Shown: positions 24,650-37,468 of the stretch, piece by piece
Numbering within the stretch: the first letter of the stretch is position 1
Layout of the letters: the number at the start of each line of letters is the position of its first letter
Origin: Octopus vulgaris
Taxonomy: Eukaryota
DNA length: 64,000 nucleotides
Assembly: GCA_951406725.2 (NCBI GenBank)
Contig: OX597819.1
Coordinates: forward strand, 66,092,001 to 66,156,000
Direction of reading: 5' to 3'
Notes under the pieces: generated by a model
Database searches by the model: none
What the model saw: the letters and a program-made list of their open reading frames with translations, nothing else
What the model was told of the DNA's origin: nothing
Made by a program: the position numbers and the translations under genes

Positions 24650-26282
24650 ACACAAAAGGAGTGTATTTCCACGCAGGCAAATTTGTTGTTGAAAATGCAC
24701 CTAAATTTGAAAAAAATTGTAATTGCTTTAAAATAAATTTATTTACATATATACCAAACTTGTTTCAAAAATATTTTTTGAATATCAATGGTAAAAATTT
24801 AGAAAAGTTTCAATGTTGACAAGTTTAAATGTTCATAGCAGTTAATAATATAAAAATCTGGATCAACTTGTTTAAATGTACAGATTTCGATAGTGTTAGT
24901 GGTCGAAAAAGGATTGAATGTCATCAAAGTTTCAATCATACAGAGTTAAGAGGTGGGAAAACAAGGGAGAAATGAAGATAGTAAAAAAGGGATTTGTTTT
25001 ACTGTTTCTATAATTCTCTTTCGGTCGTGTGCAGGAATCTGGTGTATTTATAATTTTTTTCTACGAACGGATCTGATTTTTAATTCGTTAAAGTACAGGT
25101 GACGTCTTGTTTTTCTGGTGCTCAAGTTTGTCGTTCTGCCTGGTTGGCTGCCCTGTGGGGAAAGGTCATCAGCCGTTCCAGTTGGTTGATTCTCTTAATG
25201 GGTCATTTTGTTGTATTTACTGAAGTTCGGTTTTGATCGGAGGTAAAATTTCATTGGTCTAGAGTTAGGTGACGTCGACAACTGTTGTTTGTATGATGCC
25301 ATTGTATGGAGATTAGGAGTTGCGGTTTCGAAACCCGGGTGGAAGTCTTACAGAAGTTTTTTTTTTAAATTGTCTGTTGTACCTGGTTGTTTTTCGTGGA
25401 GAAATTGAGTCTTTTTTCCTTTTTGTGTTGAATGTTTTTTCTTCTTTCTAAAGGATATTCAGCTGTGGTTTATATTATTTAATGAGTATGCTTTCCTCAT
25501 TTAAATGAAATTGTGTTGAAGTTTTTCCGGTGCATTGATAAAGAGAGAGAAGATTTGTTATTTCGGGTTTATGTTTACAGAGTATTGTCTAGGTGTTTGC
25601 TTACGGGAACTTTCCTGTTCATGGGGTCCCGGATTTATTGCCTCTGCGCCGTTAGTCTGTCCTTCAAGGTTAAGTTAGTTTGACCTATGTAGTCTCTACC
25701 ACACCCTCCACATTTTAGAACATAGATTAAGTTCTTCGAAGCATAGGTGAAGTAAAAGTTTGACCTGACTTAAATTTGTATATTGAGCCCTCTAAGAGGA
25801 ATATGCAAGTTCCGTAGTTAGGACGGCTGCACTTTTTGACTAGTGCGGTTATATTTTTGGTGGCTAACTTGGCACTGGTGAATAAATTTTTAGAGATCGC
25901 GAGTGTCTCTTGCTTTTTATAAACCTATGTGCTTCCAATGCCTTTTTCATTCGCAGGTCCTTTATAAGGGGAGGTATGTTTCGGTGGATGATTTTGTATG
26001 TTTCCATGTACCTCGGATTGTGTGTTGATACGTAGGATAAAGTTCTTGTTTTCCATAAACTTTATACGTTTAAACAAGATTGATCCAGATATTTTATATT
26101 ATTGACTGTTATGAAAATTTAAACTTGTCAACATTGAAACTTTTAAACATGTTTTTCTAATTCATAATTCTAAATTTTTACCATTGATAAACAAGAAGTA
26201 TTTGTTGAAACTAGTTTTGCATATATGTAAATGAATTTATTTTAAAACAAATTTAAGTGCATTTTCAACAGCAAATTTGCCT
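24650..26282 (-). mobile_element. Penelope-like element, 5'-truncated, with GIY-YIG remnant and inverted terminus
   Basis: Minus strand LSYVSTHNP (~26040) and SKNLIYVLKCGGCGRDYIGQTNLTLKDRL...PVSKHLD (~25590-25745); inverted arms 24675-24888 / 26058-26282. Confidence 0.88.
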
Positions 26283-26327
26283 ATATATACATACATACAT
26301 ACATATATACATATATACATACATACG

Positions 26328-26373
<46 letters not shown>

Positions 26374-26715
26374 AGCACTCATATGTACATATCATATGTA
26401 AGTCGATATTTGCTTGTATGCTTGTATTTGCGCATGTTTTAACGTATTGTCTAACAGAATGGATACCCATATCTCTCGTTTACTCAGGTTAACGCATACT
26501 TTATGATGTATGTGCATTTACAATAAAGCGGAATCATGGTATACATAGTAGCGTAAACGATGAAGCCTTGATTTAATGACATTATGTTCCTTCCAAGAGA
26601 AAAACAGACGGACACTTTGTAGTAATTGCTACCAATTCCATATAAGAGTAGATACTCTCAAAGATCAAGAAACCACTGCAATCGATTTGTCATTAAGAAA
26701 GAAAAAAAAAGGTTT

Positions 26716-27118
26716 ACAAGATGACAGCTGTGGCCATGTGTTTCTAGAGACAAGATGGCAGTTGTGTACGTGTGTTTCTAGAGACAAGATGACAGTTGTG
26801 GACGTGTGTTTCTAAAGACAAGATGACACTTGTGGACGTGTTTTTCTAAAGACAAGATGACAACTATGGTCATGTGTTTCTAGAGACAAGATGGCAGTTG
26901 TGTACGTGTGTTTCTAGAGACAAGATGACAGTTGTGGACGTGTGTTTCTAAAGACAAGATGACACTTGTGGACGTGTGTTTCTAAAGACAAGATGACAAC
27001 TATGGTCATGTGTTTCTAGAGACAAGATGGCAGTTGTGGGCGTGTGTTTCTAGAGACAAGATGACAGCTGAGAATATGTGTTTCTAGAGACAAGATGATA
27101 GCTGTGGACGTGTTTCTA
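26716..27118. repeat. 34-bp minisatellite, 12 units
   Basis: Unit ACAAGATGACAGTTGTGGACGTGTGTTTCTAGAG; ACAAG recurs every 34 bp from 26716 to 27090. Confidence 0.97.
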
Positions 27119-27334
27119 CTTTATAAACATCATCAGTACACAGCAATTTTCCAACTTTGATTCTTGCTATCGTAAGACTTAGAATGTACATAGCAATGTG
27201 TGTATGCAATGAAGTATATATGTGTGTACGTATGTATGCATTTATGCATTCAAGCCTGTACATATATACATATGTGTATATATACCCCCATATGAACGCA
27301 CTTACATACACGCTGGAATATGTATATACACATA

Positions 27335-27670
27335 GGCTCAGGCATGGCTGTGTGGTAAGAAGCTTGCTTCCCAGCCACATGGTTTTGGGTTCAGTCTCAC
27401 AGCATGGCACCTTCAGCAAGTGTCTCTTACTAAAGCATCGGGTCGTTCAAAGCCTTGTGAGTGGATTTGGTAGCCGGAAACTGAAAGAAGCCCGTATCAT
27501 TGTATTTGTGTTTGTACACCCCTCCACATATCGTAGCGGTTCAAGAAAAGAAATCGACAGAATAAGTACCAGGCTTACAAAAAATATTCTTGGGGTCAAT
27601 TTCTTTCACTAAAAGGCGGTGCTCCAGCATGTCCACAGTCAAATAACCGAAACAAGTGAAAGAATGAAAG
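27335..27670 (+). mobile_element. SINE family A copy lacking most of the internal microsatellite
   Basis: Head GGCTCAGGCATGGCTGTGTGG, tail GGCGGTGCTCCAGCATG. Confidence 0.87.
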
Positions 27671-28231
27671 GATGTATACATATGTATGTCAATAAATTTC
27701 TTCATGTTTGCGTGTGTGTGTGCGTGTGTGTGTGTGTCTGTGTGTCTGTGTGTGTGTGTGCATGTATGTTTGTGTGTGCGAGCGTGCGTGCTAAATTTAG
27801 GAAGTGGAATATTTCCGGATTATGAAAAATGCAGAAGAAAAAAAAACGGAAAAAAAAATATTTTTCTGCTATGATGAAGTACATTTGTGTTTTGAGAAAG
27901 ATAAAATATTTTTTAAACATTTCACTTCTCTGTTTCTTAAAAACTTCCATCTCTCTACACGTAAATAATTGCTAAAACTAGAACTGGTCTTACAAATGTT
28001 TATTGATGTAGGCCTGGCTTGTTGTAGGCTCTCATCATACGTTCTCCTCAAAGACAAGAGAAACTTCTTAAGAATGAACAAGCACAGTTCGACAAATGAA
28101 TCTAAAACCTGCTTCATTGTTCCTTCAATATAGTTTGTATATTGGATTCATAAATATTTGTGCGCGCGCGCGCACACACATATATTGATATAGATATATA
28201 TTTATTTATTTATGTATATATATATATTTAC

Positions 28232-28293
<62 letters not shown>

Positions 28294-30009
28294 TTATATA
28301 TCTATCTATATACAAATACATATATACATGTATATATATATATACCAATATATATATATATATACAGATATATATACATATATATATGTATACATGTATA
28401 AATATATATATGTATACTTATATATATATATGTATCTATAAACATGTATATATGTATACATACATACACACACACAAACACACACACATATATATATGCA
28501 TACATACAAATACACACACGCACACATATATTGCTGGAGACTTTTTTAAGATATATGATAAATAACAATTTGATATCATACCCAATGGGACGTAAACGCT
28601 ATTGTCAAATATATAACATGCAGTCATGTTTTAGTGTTTAGTCTTGAAAAAAAAAACCATCTCTCTAGTATTTTTGAGACCAGTAAAATGGGGAAGTTAA
28701 TGTTTAAATGCTAGCAACAATGACATTTTTGACGAATATTTAAATACTTCTTTATATTTTAAATTTGGCCTGCGAGCGGAAAGAACCCCTGAGTGCTAGC
28801 TACGTGTCTTTGATATATCTTTTGTCCATTTACTTTCGTCTTCATATGAAATCACAGTCAGTAATATCTTCCCTGCTTTCAAGAGTCCACCAAATACGTT
28901 ATCACTCATATAATAGGCTTGAATCAGTAAAATGTACATTAAGGAAATTAAAAGATTTGTTCGTAGATATACGAACAAAGATTGGCTGCATATAAGTTTC
29001 CTTTTCATGTCATATCAACTAAAATGCAGATCTTGATGTATCTTGGTGGCAAAATAACGGAATAAAAATTAAATTGTATGTAGTTTCTGAATGCAGATTA
29101 AAATAGAAAAAAAGATTTGAGACATGCGAGGTTTCCATGAATGTGTATGTGAAAATGTACATCGATAAGTCATTTAGACATTGTATATTATATAAATGTC
29201 GTGAAAATGTACATAGATATGTTCATGTTTTCGTATCACTGGAATAATGTGTGTCGCAGATGTCTATATGTGCAAGCAGATAAATGGCCAACATTCAAAG
29301 AAAAGTCAGATAAATGTAATTTATTTAAACTGATATAAATCATTTTGTCGAGACTAGACCAAAGCAAACGCCTAGCAAGTACAGTTACAATTGAAAAAGA
29401 ATGATTGCTTCTAAAACGAAAATCAAATGGAGAGAGGGAGAGAGAGGTGAGGGTGAGGCTTTTCTGGTGTCTAACAAATGCAGTGAAATCACGAAAATGA
29501 CTTTTAAAAAAATATACTGTCACTGATTTGTATAAAGTTTGCGATTGGTTGAAATAACCCAGGTGATATCGGTGAAACTTAAATGCCCCTTACATGGGAT
29601 CGCTACAAACCGAAGCAAGAAAACTGAAGTTCTTGCGCCACTTATAAATGTACATGTTTTACTTGGTAAATCGAAGCTTCCAAGAACTGTACCTTGCAAC
29701 ACTTGTGTATCACGTTTGGTCCACGTATGGTTCGTAGAAGTGTCACCTATGGTCCTTAGATGTGTCACGTATGGTCTACAGTCTGCAAGTAAATTTTCGC
29801 GGCGTTTCAGAAATGCCAGGATCTTTAAAAGGACATGAATATTTTTTATTACACAGCCTCAGTGCTCAGACGTAACGATTTGCAATGCGTTGTTCCTTTC
29901 AAAGAAGTAAACCTTTCCACTATAGATACAAAGGGATTCGGTTGGGAATTTATATTTTTTTATATTTCTTTTTCTCGAAAAAGAAATCTTCACTGGATCC
30001 TAGACATTT

Positions 30010-31105
30010 GTCTGCTGCAGTCGCGCCGAGTGCCTCACTTAGCTGTGAGAATTGTTGTTTTGGTGAGCGTGTCTCGATACCAAAATTTGGAAAATTTATG
30101 AATTCGTGGAGGAATTCTTGTGTGCTGCTACCTGTATTCTTGTGGATTACCTGAGTGGCGAAATTGTGTTGCCGTGAATTGAACTGTCTTTCTTCGTTCT
30201 TTTTCTCTGCTCTGTCTTTCTGTTCTTTTTTTGTTTTTACTGGACTTTTTATTTGCAATGTTTTGGATTTTGTGCTGAACATTTTTCTTTATTTTTTTCT
30301 TTTGCAAGCATGGCGAGAAAACACTGTATTGGAGTGGCAAATTGTGGCCCCCACCAAGCAGTGAGAAACAAACTTTAATGAGAGAACGGTGGTGTTGAGT
30401 ACGTATTCTAAGTTCCTCGACACCATCACTGTGTTTTCTCAGGCGGACATTGAGAAGGAATTGGCAGAATATCTGCCAAATATAAAGTTTATTGCAAGGG
30501 GTATCAAATATGCAACGGTGTGGTTGCTGTTTGACACCCCTGGAGAGGCCTGAGATCTTGCGAGCCAACCCTTGGAAGGGGAGAAAATTCTGTTTCTACT
30601 ACATATAGTGGGAGGAAATTGACAAGAGCTTGGGTGTGTAGGCTGCCATCCGGAGTACAGCCCGAATGGATAGAATACACTATCCGTCGGGGTCTGGGTG
30701 GCAGCAGAGCCAAGCTCTTAAATGTCCTGTGGACCCAATCAGCCGATAATCTGGTTTTTCCAGATTTTTGATGATGACCGGGTGCAGATACCTGGTGATT
30801 CTTGAGGGCCGCTCCCCCCGCCCCAGGTGTCATCGGTGCCTGGAGCCTGGTCATTTAAAGGAAAAACTGTCCTCAGGAACAAAGCAAAGTCCTAGAGCAG
30901 TTGATGAGGACTTCTGTTGAAGAAGGAACGAAGGCGGCCGAGGAGGCAGAGGACTCCTCAAAGAAGGGCCGCAAGAGGAAGAAGGTGAGCAATAATGGGT
31001 GCTCACCGAAGGATCCTAGGGATGAGGGGAGAGGTGAATCTCCCGGTCACGGAGGAGATGCACCCTCCCCCAGTTGAGAAGAAAAATGAGGAAGGGGTAG
31101 AAAAA
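30010..31105 (+). pseudogene. L1/Tx1-type LINE 5'UTR and decayed ORF1 (gag-like, CCHC knuckle)
   Basis: ~30805-30875 encodes EGRSPRPRCHRCLEPGHLKENCP (C-x2-C-x4-H-x4-C, allowing one extra A in the A-run); upstream RTVVLSTY...WVCRLPSGVQPEWI; GC-richer than flanks; stops and frameshifts. Confidence 0.7.
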
Positions 31106-31715
31106 CAAATATATGTACGTATATCTATCTATCTATAACTATACATATATATATACATATACTTATATATATGTGTGTGTATGTTTATGTATGTATACCT
31201 ATATACACATATACGTGAGTGTGTATAATGCGAGTAGGACTAATTTTATTATAGTTTTGAATTTCCAGTCGCTTTTTAATATATAATAACTCCTACGATT
31301 CATTAAAAAAAAATATTTATACTATAAAGAAAAAATAAGAAGAGAAAGAAATTCTTGTAGCATAAATGAAAAATAATTAAAATTCTTTGCAGAAGCAAGA
31401 TTAAAGAAAAGCAATTTTTTTTAGATGGAGAAACTAATAAAATATAAAACATAAAGTCATTTTTCTAAAACAGCTTTAACGAGACTTCTTCTGATTTTTT
31501 GGTATTTCTTTATTCATTTCTTTCTATAGTTTTGTTTATTAAATTTTATTTATTTACGCATTTATTTATGTATTTATTTATTTGCGGACGAAGCTCCAAT
31601 AAGAAAAAAGCTTTATATTGTTATATTATATTAAACAGACATGTTTGTCATGGCCAAATATTAACGGTAAGAAGATAAATCTTGAAATATTACATCACCA
31701 TCATCCTCATCATCG

Positions 31716-31747
<32 letters not shown>

Positions 31748-32535
31748 AACAACAACAACAACAACAACTACAACAACAACCACAACACAAAATCTGCACA
31801 CACATACACACACACACACACACGTACGCTCAAACATATATTTACGAAACGAATACACACAAACACGTTACTGAACGCGCGACATTTTCTATTCATGTAG
31901 ATTAAGATAAGTTATCTTAATCCAATATCCCACAATTCTCTGTGCATTCAATTCTCAAGATTCGAGAATGGTTAGGATTCTATTGAATAATTCTCTTACA
32001 AGAAATGACATTATGTCTGACCAATACAGCTGTCTTGTTTTCCAAAGTTTTCCAACGTTTTTTCGCTTCTAATCTTATTAATTCTTTAATGGGATTTACG
32101 CTTGTATACATACATACATGCATGCATGCATACATACATACATACATACATACATACATACATGCATACATACATACATACACATATATAAGCATTAGGT
32201 TGGTTACACCTATATACTTACACACATACACACACATACGTATTTATGTATGTGTGTTTATGTGTGAGAGTATATATATATATGTGTGTATATATATATA
32301 TATATGCGCATATATAAAATGATATATTTATTTATATATAAATATAAATATAAAATATATTTATGTACGTGTATATCTATATTTGTGTATTTATATACAT
32401 ATGCTTATAGATAGTTATAGATAGATAGATAGAAATAGATTTATACCATACATGTACCTATGTAAATCTATATATGTATACATATATGTGTGCGTATATA
32501 TATATATATATATATATACATACATATATATACAT

Positions 32536-32580
<45 letters not shown>

Positions 32581-33044
32581 TTTATGCACATACATACATA
32601 CATACATACAAATACACATTTATACATACATATGGTAAGTATGAATGTATATACAGGTATATGTGTATATGTCAGTGTAGTATATGTAGGTGTATGTATG
32701 TGTGTATGTGTCTATATATATATATATATATGTATATAAATATACATTATACATATATAAATCATTCCCCTTTTCCTTCTTTTCTGGTCACATTTTTCCC
32801 ATTTTATTTACTTTTAGATATTGTTGTTATACACTTTCAGGATGTTTGAGGAGCTGGAGTAGCAGAAACGATACAACAGTGCCAGGGGGCTTATTTATGT
32901 TCTAATATTCTTTTAACCACTTGTCTTTTCGTTTTTCAGTTCAAACACGTCGTTGTCATCTCCACCTCGGCGTCTGGAATAATAATAGAAAAATTATCCG
33001 TAATGCACTGGAGATTGAATATATTAACCATACACGTCTACCCC

Positions 33045-33236
33045 GCCCCCGTCTCTCTCTCTCTCTCTGCATTCCCCTTCTCTCTCTCTCTCTCTGCATT
33101 CCCCTCTCTCTCTCTCTCTCTCTCTCTGCATTCCCCGTCTCTCTATCTCTCTCTGCATTCCCCGTCTCACTATCTCTCTGCATTCCCCGTCTCTCTCTCT
33201 CTCTCTCTGCATTCCCCGTCTCTCTCTCTCTCTCAG
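33045..33236. repeat. Minisatellite of (CT)n + GCATTCCCCGT, about six units
   Basis: Direct observation. Confidence 0.9.
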
Positions 33237-33274
33237 CACCCACACACGTATATACACATACACATATGATCCTT

Positions 33275-33334
<60 letters not shown>

Positions 33335-33445
33335 TACTTAAATATACACACATATATATACATACATATACACATATATATATACACGCACACACATATA
33401 TATATTTATATACATACACACATGTATATACATATATACATTCAT

Positions 33446-33512
<67 letters not shown>

Positions 33513-33799
33513 CAGAGAGAGAGACAGAGAGAGAGAGAAAGATATCTCGCTCACCCTTCCACCTCTTTCTCATTTTCCTTATTCTGATGCAGGTATGCGC
33601 TCCGCAGGTGCGCCGGAAAGTTATTTTTACGGTAATTGGCTGGAGAAAATAGGAGAGAGAGAGAGGAGGGAGAGTGAGAGAGAGAATGTATAGAGAGAAG
33701 GGGAAGGAGAGATGAAGAGAGACAGAGAGACAGAGAGAAGACGGAGAAGGGTAAGGACAAGAACAAAAAGATGAAGAGGAGGATGAGGCGGATGTGGAT

Positions 33800-34362
33800 G
33801 CAAATGGTGATGATGTTGATAACTATGACGACGACGACGATGATGATTATGATGATGATGATGATGACGGTGATGATGATGATGATGATGATGCTGATGA
33901 TGATGATGATAATGACGATGATGAAAAAGAAAGAAGAACTGAGGTAGAAGAGAAGGTTAAAATTTGGTTTTGAATGATTCCCTGTTGGAAATCTTTGAAC
34001 TTAAGGCATTTATGTTAAAGACGAAGTGTCATCGCATTGCTACAGCATCGCAACTTTCGCATTTCAATTATGGCTTCGCTCAGTTTTATTTATCTTTTCA
34101 TAGTTGTTCATCCCTTATCATCATCATCATCATCATCATCATCATCGTCGTCATCATCATCATCATCATCATTATCACATCATCATCATCATCATCATCA
34201 CACCATCATCATCACATCATCACCACCACCACCACCACCACCACCACCAACACCACCACCACCACCACCACCATCACCACCACCATCATCATCATCATCA
34301 TTATTATTATTATTATTATTTTTTATTATTATCATCAACATTATTATTATTATTATTATTAA

Positions 34363-34423
<61 letters not shown>

Positions 34424-34452
34424 TCTTATTATTATTGCTGCTGCTGCTGTTG
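33800..34452. repeat. (GAT)n tract followed by (CAT)/(CAC)/(ATT)/(GCT) tract
   Basis: Direct observation. Confidence 0.95.
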
Positions 34453-34988
34453 TCGCTGTTTCTACCTTAATTGTAAAGGGAAAATGCCGTTTTCAGCATT
34501 CATTCAGAGTGTGAAATTATAAGTGGCGAGCTGTCATTACAAGGCAGAGTAAACGTATCATTGTCGCAGTATGACGTAACCGCTCACGTCAAAGGACCAC
34601 TATGTGGTCGGTCGACCTGTTAAAAGTAACAACCAAATTTTCTTCTTATATCACACCTTGCTGCCTTAAAATTTAAAAAAAAAAAATTTTTTATTAAATA
34701 TACTTTACATAACATTTGATATCATGTTTGTGAAAATTGTTTAAAAATAGGAAAATAGCAAGAGGTAACTGACATGTTGAATAACAGTTGCCGCAACATC
34801 GAAATAAGGAAATATCGTATATTCCGTATTTAAAGGTGACATTTGATGAAAGTTAACATATTATAAACTGTGTGTTGGTAGAAAAAATAGTGTTAGAATG
34901 ATTATTTTGTTGTATTCACTTTCACATTTCAGTTAAGGTATCTCTCGGTTTAATTCATTAGTCATACTTGTGCAGTTCCTATTACCAC

Positions 34989-35030
<42 letters not shown>

Positions 35031-35031
<1 letters not shown>

Positions 35032-35204
35032 GACGTCGCACAGTATACAATATCGTGAGATTGTTGATTGAATATATTGTGTCTACCGGGAGTTTGTACT
35101 GTTTGTCAAGTCACAACAAGGACCTCAGACAGACACTACTTTACGCAATATGCGTGCAGTTCCAAGTAATGCCGACTTTTGCAATACAACTATATTGCAC
35201 TTAC

Positions 35205-35205
<1 letters not shown>
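35031..35205 (-). mobile_element. R4/Dong-type LINE, extreme 3' end
   Basis: LQKSALLGTARILRKVVSV-stop plus short 3'UTR, between (ATT)n and (GTT)n(ATT)n. Confidence 0.8.
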
Positions 35206-35294
<89 letters not shown>

Positions 35295-35325
35295 CATTAT
35301 TATCATAATCATTATTATTATTATC

Positions 35326-35784
35326 GAGTGAGAGAGCAGTGCATGGCATCAAAGTGACACTGGGGTAAAATATATGAAGCCCAGTATACCTATCATGACC
35401 ACCCGTCTGATAAGGGTACACCAGGCACATGCATCACAACCATGTGTGCGGCATGGTGATCTCATATCATGATAAACAACCCATGACCTTGCAGGTGGGG
35501 CCAAGTTAGAATTTTTTCTTCTGGTCGAGTAACCCATCCCACTCAAAAGGTCGCTGAATAAGGATTGTTTAAAGATGTTGACCAAACCACCCATGTTTCC
35601 AAAGGTGAATTATCCAAACCTCCAATAATTCCTTTCAACACATGGCTATGATGCTCCCCCACTACTTCTGCTTGTGATCAGAGATGCACATGTCGTCAGC
35701 CACTAAGGGTCATGGTCAACTGGTTAAGGTCAAACAACTGACAAGCAAATCTGTTGTATTGAGCAGAATATTTGCTGTAGCCCA
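35326..35784 (-). mobile_element. Non-coding repeat family D ending in (AAT)n
   Basis: Homologous to 58894-59110 and 37196-37468; the GAGTGAGAGAGCAGTGCATG end abuts (ATT)n in both copies that have it. Confidence 0.8.
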
Positions 35785-37187
35785 CATGAAACTGCCTTGG
35801 GACAAACTTGTTGGACTTACGATAAATGGAGTACCGGCGATGTGCGTAGAAAAATGTAGACTAGTGGGCAGGATACATTTAAAGATGCAAGAAGGTAACT
35901 GCGCTGGTGTGTTGACAACATATCACCACATCATACACCACGAAACGCGGTGCGCTAAAGCCTTAAAAATGGATCATGTACTGAGAACTGTAATGCTAAC
36001 CGTAAATTTTATCCGAGCCAAAGGGTTAAATCATCGCCAATTTCAGTCTTTCCTGCAAGAAATAGATTCAGAGATCGGTGACGTGCCTTATCATACGGAG
36101 GTTCGGTGACTCAGTCGAAGTAAGGTCCTCAGTATAGTTTTTGAGCTGGTTGAGGGATACGTCAGTTCATGGACATTAAAGGAAAAGAATACAAAGTTCT
36201 GTGGGATGAAAAGTGCAAATTAGAGATGGCGTTTCCTGTTGAAATAACTGCGCATCTTAGTGTTTTAAACATCCAGCTTCAGAGACAGGATGGCATGATC
36301 TGTGATATGTATGCCGCAGTGAAGGCATTTCAAGTGAAACTGCACTTATGGGAGAAACAAATGCATCAATTGAACTTGTTTCACTTTCTCTGTTGCCAAG
36401 TAATGTTGAGCCAAGTCAGCGCCACGGTGTTCCCAAAGCAACACTTTGCTGATAAATTAAATGTGCTCCGCACTAAATTCGCAGAGGCGCTATAGTGACT
36501 TTGAAGCACAGAAGAATAATTTCGAGCTGCTTCGCAACCTATTTGCTGTCAGTGTGGAAACTGCACCTGTACAAATTCAAATGGAGCTGATAGAACTGCA
36601 GTGTAATGGGACATTAAAAGCAACGTACGACTTTGTGGGGCCCGCACAGTTCACTCGCTTCATAACTGAAGCAATGCCTCAGCTCCGTTTACATGCAGCA
36701 TGAACGCTGTCTTTGTTTGGAAGCACATATCTGTGCAAACAACTGGTCTCTGTGATGAAGATGAATAAAACGTCACATAGGAGTCGTCTCAGACATGCGA
36801 CCCATTCTGAGAGCCTGAACGACACTGAACCTTGTCCCAAACATCAATGAACTCATTGACAAGAAAAAATACCAAGTATGTAACTCAGACAAAATTGCAT
36901 AAAGAAAACTGAAGTTTTGATCTATTATTCCAATTTTCACTAAAAGTGCATTTCTTATATATATTCTTTATTATTTGCTTTTTGCAACATGTTCTTATTT
37001 CAAATTTTTATAATTTTGACAGGAGATATTAATTTATTTTTGGAATAAAATTATATGTCGTCTGTTTCAATACATGATCATATGCAAAATGTTTTAGTCT
37101 ATTCAATAAATGATTATCCTATTCGGCCCGCGACTTAAAGTGTGCTCTGGGTTTTGGCCCCCTGTGCAATTGAATTTGACACCCCTA
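35785..37187 (+). pseudogene. hAT (Charlie/SPIN/Buster-type, GTF2IRD2-like) transposase, 5'-truncated, with 3' TIR
   Basis: [67 protein letters not shown]; ends GGCCCGCG...TTTGACACCCCT; stops and frameshifts. Confidence 0.93.
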
Positions 37188-37195
37188 CTTTAGAG

Positions 37196-37468
37196 TGTTT
37201 CCAGGGGTGAATAATCCAAACCCCAAAGAATTCCTCTCATCACATGGCTATGTTGTCCCCGCACTACTTTTGCTCGTGATCAGAGATGCTCATATCGTCA
37301 TCCACAAAGGACATGCTCAACTGGTTAAGGTCAAACAAATGACAAGCAAATCTGTGGTATTGAGCAGAATATTTGCTATAGCCCATCTTTTATACCAACG
37401 TAACACTTCCAATCTGTTATGATAAGAACCCACTAGAGCCACTGCCTGGAACTGCATCAGAGCATTTA
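37196..37468 (-). mobile_element. Repeat family D, other half
   Basis: 37196-37385 repeats 35595-35784 and continues to GCATCAGAGCATTTA. Confidence 0.8.

Noticed and set aside
26716-27118. CRISPR-like array
   Set aside because: Units are contiguous with no unique spacers, there are no cas genes, and the context is eukaryotic.
29520-29838. Overlapping 82-99 aa ORFs in non-repetitive sequence
   Set aside because: No recognisable motif; lengths are compatible with chance.
35650-35685. U1 snRNA-like words (TGATCAC, GTAGTGGGGGA) in family D
   Set aside because: Spacing does not match U1, and the 5' ACTTACCTG and Sm site are absent.
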